Assembly (NCBI RefSeq): GCF_964204645.1
Contig: NC_134027.1
Location: forward strand, 6,170,485 to 6,234,484
Direction: 5' to 3'
Origin: Tubulanus polymorphus
Lineage: Eukaryota; Animalia; Nemertea
DNA: 64,000 bases
Both the position numbers and the translations under genes were made by a program. A model generated the notes under the pieces. It did not search any database. It was not told the DNA's origin and worked only from the letters and a program-made list of their open reading frames with translations. This document shows, piece after piece, positions 1 through 11,500 of this stretch (positions within the stretch are counted from its first letter, which is position 1; each line of letters begins with the position of its first letter).

Positions 1-144
1 TAGTTTGAATGAACCGGAATCGAATTTCCCAATTATGTACTTCGATTTCAGACATACTCGAGAAAAACTACAATAAACTTTAAGAATTAGACAAATTTAA
101 ACGGTGAAAATGACAAAAAGATTAAAGTTAGACAAAATTCTCCC

Positions 145-830
145 ACCTTGTAAACTTTCGGACTAGTTACATGAAAAAAAAGACAAAATATTGTAAAATA
201 TAGTTATTTCCAAAATCTCGATGTATTGAATTAGGCAGAAAAAAAATAGATAAAATTATTCAACCTTGTAAAGTTTCGGACTAGTTACATGAAAAAAAGA
301 CCAAATATTGTAAAATATAGTTATTTCCAAAATCTCGATGTATTGAATTAGGCAGAAAAAAAATAGATAAAATTATTCAACCTTGTAAAGTTTCGGACTA
401 GTTACATGAAAAAAAGACCAAATATTGTAAAATATAGTTATTTCCAAAATCTCGATGTATTGAATTAGGCAGAAAAAAAATAGATAAAATTATTCAACCT
501 TGTAAACTTTCGGACTAGTTACATGAAAAAAAGACCAAATGTTGTAAAATATAGTTATTTCCAAAATCTCAATGTATTAAATTAGGCAGAAAAAAATAGA
601 TAAAATTATTCAACCTTGTAAACTTTCGGACTAGTTACATGAAAAAAAGACCAAATGTTGTAAAATATAGTTATTTCCAAAATCTCATTGTATTAAATTA
701 GGCAGAAAAAAAAATAGATAAAATTATTCAACCTTGTAAACTTTCGGACTAGTTACATGAAAACAAGACCAAATATTGTAAAATATAGTTATTTCCAAAA
801 TCTCGATGTATTAAATAAGGCAGAAAAAAA
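145..830. repeat. Tandem array (satellite/minisatellite) of a ~117-bp unit, about 6 near-identical copies
   Basis: The unit ACCTTGTAAA(C/G)TTTCGGACTAGTTACATG...AATTATTCA restarts at 145, 263, 380, 497, 613 and 731. A diverged seventh copy lies at ~918-1020. Confidence 0.95.
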
Positions 831-3800
831 GTTAACCCCAATCAGTCACTTAATATGTGCTTCGACTATTTAAACGGTGAAAATGACCAAAAAAATTGAA
901 GTTAGACAAAATTGTTAAACATTGTAAACTTTCGGACTAATTACATTAAAAAAAGACCAAATATTGTGAAATTATCTTCAACAATATAGTTATTTCCAAA
1001 ATCAGAATTAGGCAGAATAAAAGATTGTTTGAATGAACCGGAACCGAATTACCAATTATGTTCTTGGACTTAAAAAAAAGAAGATCTGTAAAAACGACCG
1101 CCGATCACGCAACGATATATGTACTTCGATTTCCGATTTTGAAAAAAAACCGCCGTATCGCTCCCGGCAGGTGTGGTAGGTTTGTAAGGGACACCAACTC
1201 GAAAAGTCAAACGAGAGCTTGAGGTCAACAACTCATCAAAAATCTGCCAATTAGAGAAAACAGTGCACAGAAACCAACCGACTTAGGAGATCCTCGTCGA
1301 TGATGAAACCAGCAATCATAAAAGGTAACTTTATATACATGGAGTTATTACGATGATTTCTAAATGTCATGATTACAGGATATATTTGTTTACTCATTGC
1401 AGCTAAGTTTCAACTATAAGAAAGAGACCAGCTTAAAATCAACTACTCATCTGAAATCTACGGATTTGAACAACCCACAGAAGAATCAAACTCATTAGAT
1501 GGAAATTACCGGTATATAGAAATTTCAGGCCTCGTATGAATATCATTTGATAAGTGATTATCATCGAAATCAATTTACCTGTCCACATGGCTGATCTTAG
1601 AACTTTTATCTTTACTAGTCTTACACCTTGGAGTAATAAATTTTTCAAATGATTACTCCAAGCTTAAACATTGATGAACTAGTCCTACTACTGCAATTAT
1701 TTATTGGGGTTTAAATCGGCAATTGACGTCAATGAACATAATTCTGATTTTGGAAATAACTTTATTAACTAAGTGAAAAACACGGTGGCTTGTAATTTGA
1801 AATGACATGTAAGTTATGATAAATCTGTCTAAAATGTTTTGCTTTCTTCACTTTGTTTCAGTCAAACTACATCCCGGAAATAATGGCCTGAAGAAGACAC
1901 AAGTAGACAAATACCCATTGACCCATTTGCTGATGAAAACTGCAGAAGCCCAGATGAGAAGTTTAGGAGCCAGCGACGGATTAATCACTCAACGATGGAA
2001 TCTTCTACAATCGGTGGTTGATTTCTATAAAACATTTTATCAGGAGCAGCAGAGATGATAAAGTGTATCTTATAAACACTGATTCGCGCAGCAAAGACAA
2101 TGGATTATCTTATAAAATCTGATTCAGGATAAACACCGAAGCAGCAAAGACAATGGTTTAACTCATGAACACTGAGATCTAGCAGCGACAAAGACCTCTG
2201 TAGTAAAGTATTGATTTTTTTACTAATATCACCCTTTTCAGACCAGTCTGATAGGTAACATAGTTTAAAAAATTTACCTGATTGCGTGGAATGGAGTATG
2301 AAAATAGTTGTTGAGTCGAATATTGAAAATAGTTAGATAATTAATTAGATAATTAGGTTCCTTTGGCCTGAGAAAGGAACTCTACGTTTGATTATTTCAA
2401 TATAGAGAAAACAATTTTATAATGAGTTTGTAAAAAGATGTGTCATGTGTTTTGCAATGTAACAGAAATATCGTTCTTAGAGTCTAATAAAAGCTCAGCT
2501 CCATTAATTCACGATGTTGGTCTTCGATCTTAGGTTTATACATAAGTCGAGTTGGTTAATCACTAGGAGTAAATGGTCGCGTCGAGCGCCTAGTTTTGAG
2601 TGGTAGGTCTGTTGAGTTAACGCCTAAACTGAGATATAGTTTCAACATGATATTGTAAGTTTTATTGTGCTTACCATAGTTAAACAGTCAACACAGTGGC
2701 TTTGCCCTGTAGATATCACATGGTTAGGAAACATAGAACATAACGTTCTATGTACAAATAATAAGTATTTGCAGAATTGTAGATGTACTAATTTGATGGC
2801 ATTGATATTTTCGAAGGCCCGTGTAACCAATTTGAGAAATGAATCATATATGTCGATTTTCACATGGAGTTTTAACTTTGAGCCTCCATCAATCTGTTCG
2901 ATGCTACGTATTTGAAAGCAAAAGCTTTATCTAAAAGGAGACCATTATTTACATTTGAGAGGTAAAGCTAAAGTTATAGCTAGGACTAATTTTGAACGTT
3001 TTAACATTGCTTATAGCTGTTTGAACTTCTTTTATTGTAATGGGTAAATCCATATCACGAGATGGCTTTCGTGAATAATCACTTAGATTCAAATCGGGTG
3101 TATAATGATTATTAAGAAGCGGCAGTGAATTAGTAGTGCTTTTTTAAAATGGGCCCAGAACTTTACTGTGAAAAAATGCCTGCAGTTGTAAATAGAGGAG
3201 TATAAATAATACATGATACAAGTACATGAATAAATAAGAAAAACCAATAAATAAAAAATTATAAATAATAGATAGTAAATAATACAAAATACAAGTTCAT
3301 AAATAAATGAATAATATTTAAAAAAAATAGATATAATAATAAGCAACAATACAAACAAACAACAAATTAATACTCTATTTACATGAAAAGGCATTTTTTC
3401 AAATATTTATCAATAAGGTTTTCTCATTTATCGAACAACCTTCCCTAAGTATAGCGAAAACCCGAGATCTTTTCTGTTGTTGTTTTTAGCATTCTATCAA
3501 CTCAGTTATTGTAATAAACAAAACAAATAACTATAAACCTTAACTAAAACGAATACACTTAAAAAAATAACTGATATGATAGAATGCTTTGAATAACTGT
3601 GATCGACCCGTCCTTAGAACTAGCTGCGCTCAATCACTGCTGTGACTGTTTATTGTTATACTGGGGTAGACTTACGGGGCAGACTTACTATCTAAATTAT
3701 GTACGTACATTTTACTTTTTAGAAAGAATTTAAAACAGCTATTAACATAAGTTATTGATGTTATTGATTAGTTACCGATTGTATAATTATGTTGACGTTT

Positions 3801-4351
3801 TCGAAACTGGAAGAAAAAACGTCAGAATAGTTATTAATGCCAAGGTGCTTGAAAATCTTTTAATCGGGGCAAAGTTGGCAAAATTCTAGTTTTCAAGTGA
3901 AAGTAATGTTTACGAAAAAAAGAAATTAAGAATGATAAATTGATACTCCAAGATTTCTGGAGTGAATCGGTATGTTTCATCTCTAGTTTTAACGCTTTAT
4001 GTTAGAGACTGTTATTGTAATACAGTTCACGTGTTTGTAAATTAGGAACTTACATGATTATTCCTCGATTAAGATATTATTGTTGTGTGAATAAAACAAT
4101 GTACATTTTCATCATTCATGTTGAAACTTTTCAGTTGTTAAGTTTTATAGCAACAATTTCACTTTGGTGCTTATCAGTCGTTCATAAAATACTGATTTTA
4201 TTGAGGCCCTGTCGAAAATAGAGGATAACTTGTGGATGCAATGCTTATTGGTCAATCGTCCTAGCTTTGTTTTGATTATCGGTTTAACCGCGTCTGTGTG
4301 GGGCCTGTAATGTCTGGACAAGAAGAATTTCATTTATAGTTTCCTTTATAT

Positions 4352-4514
4352 AGCAGTCCGATTGTGACACAATCATCCCTTGCATCGAGTGGGATAAAAG
4401 CTTTGAGATATAGAATTACACAAGCCCGGTGGATGAGCGATAATGATAACCTACATGCCCTAATGAAAATATACTTGTCCCGGGCAATTGAACTAGTGCT
4501 TAGATCAGACCCTG
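4352..4514. mobile_element. Degenerate hAT-like MITE
   Basis: The right end is TCAGACCCTG and the left end is a degenerate match (AGCAGTCCGA). It is flanked by near-identical 8-mers CTTTATAT / CTTTATTT, and I cannot see it in the neighbouring tandem unit. Confidence 0.4.
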
Positions 4515-5958
4515 CTTTATTTCAAATGTAACATTTGTGAAATAAGCTAGTTGATAATGTTTGAAGAAATCTCTTAAAGATGAGGAAAATTTGGCAATGT
4601 TTTTAGTTTTCTTGTAATAAATAAGATAAATTAGTTAACCTTACGCTCTCCAGAGTGTGAGTGAATTTGTAGGTGTAATGTATTCATGTTTTTATTCTGA
4701 ACTGTTTTTAAATAACTCATTTAAAAAAAAACGACATACATGTTCGTCATTCATGTTAAAACTTTTCAATTGTTCAGTTACGTGTATTGCAACTTTTTCA
4801 GTGTGGTGCTTTTCAGTGGTTCATAAAATACTATTTTTATTAAGGTCCTTATGGAAAATGGAGGAGCAAAATAGAGGAGCATTCTCTTGATTAATGAGGA
4901 TATATGAACAGTATTAATCAGTAAATTGTGCTAGCTATATATGGGCTCTAAGACAATGTCTATATGGGTCCTGAAATATCTGCACGAGAAGCACCTCAAA
5001 AAATTATTGAATCTAACTTAATTGTAGATATCTAAGCAAAAAGTTATTAGTAATTGACCTAGCTGTGTTCAAATTGACAGTTGAACAATATTTATGTACT
5101 CTTGCTGAATGCATAGAAGAGAATACCTCCAAAATACTTTGCATTAAATGTAACATTTGAGAAAATAACCAATTTGATAATGTCTTGAAACCTCTTAAAG
5201 ACAAGGCAAAACTAGCTATCTTGTAAAATAATGTTAATGAAAATTAAATCAAAGACTGTTTATTTAATCTAATCTTTAGCTTTCCAGATTGAATTTGTGG
5301 TTTTATCTCGGGTTATTATGTTTTTATGTTGGAGACTTTTTTGAAATACAGGTCACGTTTTTGTAAATGACTGAGGCACTTCCTCCAGTACATGAATATG
5401 GTAATTAAGGTATAATTTTTGTTGTGGAGATAAAATGTTCATGTCAGTTGTTCATAAAACATTGATTTATTAAGGTCCTATCGAATAAAGTTGAGCTTTT
5501 TCTTGATAAATGAGATGTCCTCAATCGATGTCATGTGAAAGTTGACATGATAGATTCATATTTCATGAAATATAACAAAGTGTCGGTTACCTCATGAATT
5601 GTCAAATTCATAATCTTAGACAAGTCCAATTTTCGTTTTTTTATGGATCAAAGTTTATAATTCTTTGTGTATTTTTGTTATTTTCCTATTGATGCAAATT
5701 GTATCAATCAGCTGTAGTGGAAATGTATCGTAGATAAAAACTTCTAAATACCTTACATGTAACTTTGTTTTAAGTTAGTACAATTTCATACATAGTAATA
5801 GAAATGAAATTACTATTAAAATTTGAGAAAATAAGCTAAAAGTTAAAATGATATGTGAAAATAAAAAATGATATAAGAATGTAAATCAGATTGATTACTT
5901 AATCCTACGCTTTCCAGAGTATTTGGCCAGGTTTATCTCTGATTTTAGTGCGGGGAGC

Positions 5959-6070
5959 CATGGACTCACGGTTTAAGAGTCCATGGTTGTGGGCCATAGA
6001 CGTTTCTGTTTTAGAGTCTATGGTTGGACCATAGGCGTATAAACTCTCGTTTATAGTTCATACGCCTATG
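5959..6070. mobile_element. Three adjacent miniature palindromic elements with CAT(A/G)G...C(C/T)ATG termini (P-element-like mini-MITEs)
   Basis: 5959-5985 CATGGACTC..GAGTCCATG; 5995-6022 CATAGAC..GTCTATG; 6030-6070 CATAGGCGTAT..ATACGCCTATG. They are separated by 7-9-bp GTTG..C spacers. Confidence 0.6.
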
Positions 6071-6215
6071 GTGGTTGGACTAGTTGTTTTTGAAAGTCCG
6101 TATTTGAGGAGCTTACATTGTAATTCCTCGAGCACACAAACCTGGCATTTTGTATAATTGTTGTATGAGAATAAATATGATTTTGAAATTTGTCATTCGT
6201 TGAGTTAAGCAACAA

Positions 6216-6435
6216 GTGTTACTAAAACGAAGCACTACTAAAAACGAAGACTATATGCACCCGAGAAACCCGACCAGGCAATTTACGTTTCCGGCAGAGG
6301 TGGTACAGAGCGCCCCAAGTGGCCCCAAGTGATGATTTCGAGTATCTTCGGACTTCTTTTTAGTCATGCATAGTTCTCATACCCCAATGTGCATAGGTCT
6401 TCGTTTTAGTAGCGCATAGTTTTTAGTAACGCCCC
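6216..6435. mobile_element. MITE with ~45-bp imperfect terminal inverted repeats
   Basis: Left GTGTTACTAAAACGAAGCACTACTAAAAACGAAGACTATATGCAC versus right GTGCATAGGTCTTCGTTTTAGTAGCGCATAGTTTTTAGTAACGC. Confidence 0.7.
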
Positions 6436-6527
6436 CATTTCAATGCCCTGCTATAAAATTAACTGCTTTTCACGGCCGGCCCGTGAATCATTTTCACGAA
6501 CCCAGGGCCACCTTCAGTTATCTGAGT

Positions 6528-6633
6528 TAGTCGACTATAGTCGAACTAAACGAAACCGAATGTCCGTTAGTCTCCGGAAATAGTTCGAAAATCAAGCGCA
6601 TTCGGTTATTAATTCCGACCACTAGTCGACTAG
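6528..6633. repeat. Imperfect inverted repeat / short MITE-like element with TAGTCGACTA ends
   Basis: TAGTCGACTA...AACCGAATG on the left pairs with CATTCGGTT...TAGTCGACTA on the right. Confidence 0.45.
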
Positions 6634-8253
6634 ATACGAAAACCGAATTTGGCCTCGAAGTGTCTCGATTTTCGTTCCATGGACCGCTTTAAAGTCGATT
6701 TTTACACAAATGAAGAATGAAACTCGACCAAAACTATCAGGTAACGCTTCTGCGGGCACCTGTACTACGTGTGGCTTCGAAAATATCGATATACAATTCA
6801 GGATGTCTCCGTTACAGCACCGTCTAAATCTACCCTGCTCGAAGGAACGGTCGTCAATAGTCAACAACGAACTTGAGATGGATAAACCAATCTCTACTGT
6901 CACTGACATACTGAACTGAACCAGCCATGCAGCCGAGGCCACGACACTGGCAATTTGTTTGTTCACTTAAGATGATTAATTTATTATTCTGAACGTGACA
7001 CTGGACATTAGCAGTCAATTTCATTGTTGTGAAAATATTATACGACAGGTAACTTCACTTCAGTCTTTTAAAACTTGTGAACAGTAAATGAATACTTATT
7101 TACAAATATTCTGTTGATTGTCTAATTGTAGGTCATTGATTGTTGTCTGATGAAGATTCTCTGAGATACAACTCAGGATTTCTTCAGAAGTTATACGTAT
7201 TATTGAATTGAGCTCAACATGCAGAGAATGAATTGTTGTTGTATCATGGTCAGTTTGAAAAACGGATGAAACATGAATTGAAAAGTCAATCCTAATTGTT
7301 AGTATATCTATATTGATTTAATTTCAGAAAGTATCGTCAATCACGAATCAAAGGGATTAACGAATCCAGCACTAATCGTCATGAAATGAGATTCCAAATA
7401 ACGATGAAACTCCTAGATTCTGATACAGTGATGAGGTTTAAAGAGCTGGAATCTATGAATAACTACACGAGCGAGCATGCAATTAGAATTGAGATCGGAT
7501 TTAGGCCTACTGTCTGGTCAAGACTTGGTCTTTGTGATTCGAGTTAAGTTAGATATATCAGTATCATTCTGTTGTCACACAATTTGCAATGTCACAAAAT
7601 ACGTATGTCACCGTCTTGTCAGGCTGTCTGTATATTGAATAAGATTTTGTACTAGAAGTGGACAATAAATATAGAATAGCAGTGAAAAGAGTTTGTCGTG
7701 ATGGATTTTATACTCAATTTCTAGCAAAAATCATGTTTGGTCCATGAGGAGAGGAAAATATTGCGAATATCCAGATGATCTGAATTACTGGTCTTTCCCA
7801 AGGCTGTCCCAACTCACTGTCTGTTTCGAGAATATATAAGTAGAGATGCTTCGGTGGATCCAAATATCTGATCTCACAAAACACTGACAAGGAGTTCAAC
7901 TATTGTAAACTTTATTCAGACTTTAGTCATTTTCACATCATCATAAACACAACAATTCACTGAATATATTCCACATACGGTTGATAAAGAAAGCGTGTCC
8001 CCCTTCGGCCAAGTTCCTTCAGAATGACTATCACAGCTGAGCCCTTTTTACCGTCGTGAAGTAAGTACTGGATTCGGTATCACTCGATTCAAATTTATTT
8101 CATCACTCGATTCAAATTTATTATAAATTTTTTAGTGGTTTTTAATGTGTAATTTTTTGCACTGTTATTGAATAAAAAGATGTTTTACGTTAAAATAAAA
8201 TTGTGAATATACAATTTATTTATGATATTTTGTGCCCGGTGTTTATAATTTTC

Positions 8254-8482
8254 GCCCGGTGTTAGGGCTCCTTGGGGGTCTAATTGACCCCAAAACCCCA
8301 AAATAACAAAAATATTATTAAAAAAATAAATAAATTCATAAGTAAAATACAAAACGGTCAAAGTCTCTGAAACTTTCAGATAGAACTTTTCAAGAGCTAC
8401 AGTCCAGTATATAGTTGTTACCCGGTGCAAGGGCTCCTTGGGGGTCTAATTGATGCCCAAAGATCCCAAAATATCAAAAATA
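8254..8482. repeat. Direct repeat of ~60 bp just upstream of RPUSD2
   Basis: CCCGGTG..AGGGCTCCTTGGGGGTCTAATTGA..CCCAAA..CCCAAAATA.CAAAAATA occurs at ~8254 and ~8421. Confidence 0.7.
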
Positions 8483-8581
8483 ATGAAGGTTATGAGACCG
8501 GCAACCAGTCTACACTGCCTGTGGCAGTCGAAACCAGACTTCTCGATAGATGGCGTCAGTAGTATTTTCATGTGCAAATTA

Positions 8582-11500
8582 ATGTCCGCGATCAAAGTTT
8601 TCCACAAAATCAGCAAATCTTGCTTCCCCCAAAGATTGACTGGGTATTTTCTTGTTTCTAAGCTTCATCTCAAAATGAACACAAAGCAAAATCCGCAAAA
8701 TGAACACGGTTTGTCAAGACGTGCTCAAAAACGGGTAAGAAATTGATTTCAAAATTCACCCTTGATCATCACCACAGAGACTCGATTTCAGAAAAGAATG
8801 TACCGGCTTAAAATAATTCTGGCTAACAATTACATGTTAGACCTACTTGGTGATAGTATTATGATAGAACAAAAGCTGGTATCAATCATAATGACCTTAT
8901 CATACACAGCAAGAATATGTGCGTGGCTAGTGCCCAAATGTAAATAAAAGCCATGGATGCGACAGGGACAGGGTTAGTTAGGTTGGCTTGAAGAAATACG
9001 TGCTGATAGTGATGTGGATGGCATGTGACTGACAGCAGGTATTTTCAAATTATAGTGAAATATATTTTTTTTTCTAGCTTAAAAGAAAAGAAAAACGCAA
9101 AGCCGAAATGAAAGAGCATCTGAAAAACGAAAATCCTGGCTACGGCTCTGAATTCTTCGATGAAACAGAATACTATCTAGAAAATGGTAATAACACCTGT
9201 GATGTCATAAACCGTAGTCTAAAACCTCTTTTAAAGCCAATACCTGGGATTCCTCTTCAAATGATCCTTTATTACTCATTTATATTAGTACATTGTAGGG
9301 CCTATTTTATTTATAATGCTTATAATGCAATTTTACAGGTTTGAGGAAAGTCTATCCATACTATTATACATTTAGTACGTACTGTAAGGAACGATGGTAT
9401 GGCCGACAGATATTGGATGTATTTTCAAATGAATTTCGCCATGAAACTCCTGAAGAATACGTAATATATGCCTTTTTTATGTAAATTTGTCATGAGACGC
9501 AACATCAGTAGTTTAAAATATTGTATTTTCCATTCAGAAACGAATCTTAGACCGAGGATCAATGACTGTGAATGGTTCGGCTGTATCACCGGAATATACT
9601 TTACGTAATGGTGATTTCATTCAGCATACATTACATAGGTACGATATGACTGCGATGGACATCCATCTTAGTCCTTCTCCTGAATTCAACAGGGTGACCA
9701 TGATTCTGGAAAACAGAAAAGACACAGGGAACTAATTTCTCTGGGGGGAAAACACGGGTATGGGAAATTGTGTTTTCCCTGTGTATTATGTTTGATGGTC
9801 TCTATGCCTGTCATCAAAACTTAACAACTACTTGACAATCTTTGTTTCTTATCGTAATTTAGGATTCTTATTGAATCATCTTAACTGAAAGTTGCAATAT
9901 TTACTGGGCTAGCTTACTACATGTCAAGATAACAACACTCCATTGTTTCCTACTACCGTACATTATAAAACGGGGAAAGTTCTGTTTCTATCTGGAAAAC
10001 AGGGATTGTGGTCACCCTGTTCTAGCTTACTGAACTTCATTTGTTCATTCGTTTGATTTTAGACATGAAGTTCCGGTAACGGCTGAACCAATTAAAATCA
10101 TCCACGCGGATGACGACGTTGTCATAATCAATAAACCCTCATCGATTCCAGTTCATCCGTGTGGCAGATATCGACACAATTCAATCGTATTTATTCTCGG
10201 CAAAGAATACGGTTACAAAAACTTAAGAAGTATGTGATGTAGATATTCTTACCTTACTTATATGCCCAGTAATTCATTCATATTAGCTCAGTGCTCCATA
10301 GATGATAATGATGGACTCCCGCTTTAGACCCATTTTAAACCCACTAGGTGTGAAGCCCCTGCGATATAGTGCCTTCTCTGGTCATACGGTCTTGATATTT
10401 GATAATTGTTGATATTAACACTACTATCACAAGACATGGAATTGGGATTATCCAGTTTTTGTTCTCACACCATGCCATCCTGGGAGAACAAAATAGTGGG
10501 TAACCATTCTGATGGTGTCCCTGTATCCCAGAACTATTAGTATTCTGTAACCTTTCAGTCTTCTTGATTCAATTGTTTGAGAAGAAAGTTGATTTTATTA
10601 GTGCTCTCAACCTCCATCAACAATATTATTGAACATATCCTAATTACGATTTATCTGAATCAAGAAATTATGTGATTGTAGCAATTTATCGCTTGGATCG
10701 ACTCACTTCTGGCGTGTTAGTGTTTGGAAGAAGTCATAAGCGTTCCCTAGAGATGGAAAAACATGTCATCGAACGTAAAGTTGAAAAAGATTATGTGTGT
10801 CGGGTTGAAGGTGAATTTCCTAGGTACGTTTTCTGAGGGTAATAGAATTCGTCATTAAGCGACCTATAGTATAGGTACTGGTAGATGATAAAATGCTGAA
10901 AATATGCTAATATATCTATTGATGCTGTTTTTGATCTCTTACAGTGGACAAATTATTTGTAACGAACCATTAGCTACGATGTCACCCAAAATTGGCTTAC
11001 ATAAAGTTTCACCGGATGGCAAAGAGAGTAGTACTATGTTTGAACGCTTGAGTTATAATGGAAAAAGTAGTGTTGTCCGATGTAAGTGAGTCTATAACTT
11101 TTTTCAGCACATAACTATTTCATTTTGGCTCATTTCCATGCATTTGCTACATTTGATTTCCTTAAGGTAAACCTTTCACTGGAAGAACCCATCAAATTCG
11201 AGTGCATTTACAGTATTTAGGTAATTATATCCATCAAAACAATGTCTGAAAATGATTGTATCCCAAAAATTATAATTTCCGGTTTTGAATGTTTGATTTT
11301 ACCAGGTTATCCAATTGTTAATGATCCATTGTATAACAGTCCTGTATATGGACCAAATAAAGGCAAGAATGGTGATTACAATAAATCAGAAGAGCAGGTA
11401 AAATCGAACCTATGAGTAAAATCCATAGTTCATAAAGACTAGTCTCTATGAATTTTTGTTAGAATTGCGTTCATATGGTAATTGCTCTCTTATAAAATCC

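Larger units (their letters stand above)
3830..6210. repeat. Old, diverged tandem repeat with a ~630-640-bp unit, about 4 copies, interrupted by MITEs
   Basis: TTCATAAAA(T/C)A..TTTATT(G/A)AGG(C/T)CCT recurs at ~4181, ~4820 and ~5451. AAATGTAACATTTG(T/A)GAAA recurs at ~4524 and ~5146. A (C)TTTCCAGA-like motif recurs at ~4646, ~5280 and ~5910. Confidence 0.7.

Noticed and set aside
145-830. CRISPR-like regular repeats
   Set aside because: The units are contiguous and near-identical with no unique spacers, the context is eukaryotic, and there are no cas genes.
3089-3394. 101-aa hydrophobic ORF
   Set aside because: It is the translation of an extremely A-rich low-complexity tract (I/F/L/Y bias), with no motifs or splice context.
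6622-6966. Overlapping 114-aa and 69-aa ORFs in a CpG-rich patch
   Set aside because: No recognisable domain and no consistent exon chain. It sits beside MITE-like inverted repeats, so it is probably TE-derived.
8079-8122. 21-bp direct duplication ATCACTCGATTCAAATTTATT
   Set aside because: A simple local tandem duplication with nothing inserted between the copies.
8450-8569. Upstream extension of the RPUSD2 exon 1 ORF
   Set aside because: It starts at a TTG inside a repeat copy and crosses promoter-like sequence (AGATGGCG), so it is unlikely to be translated.
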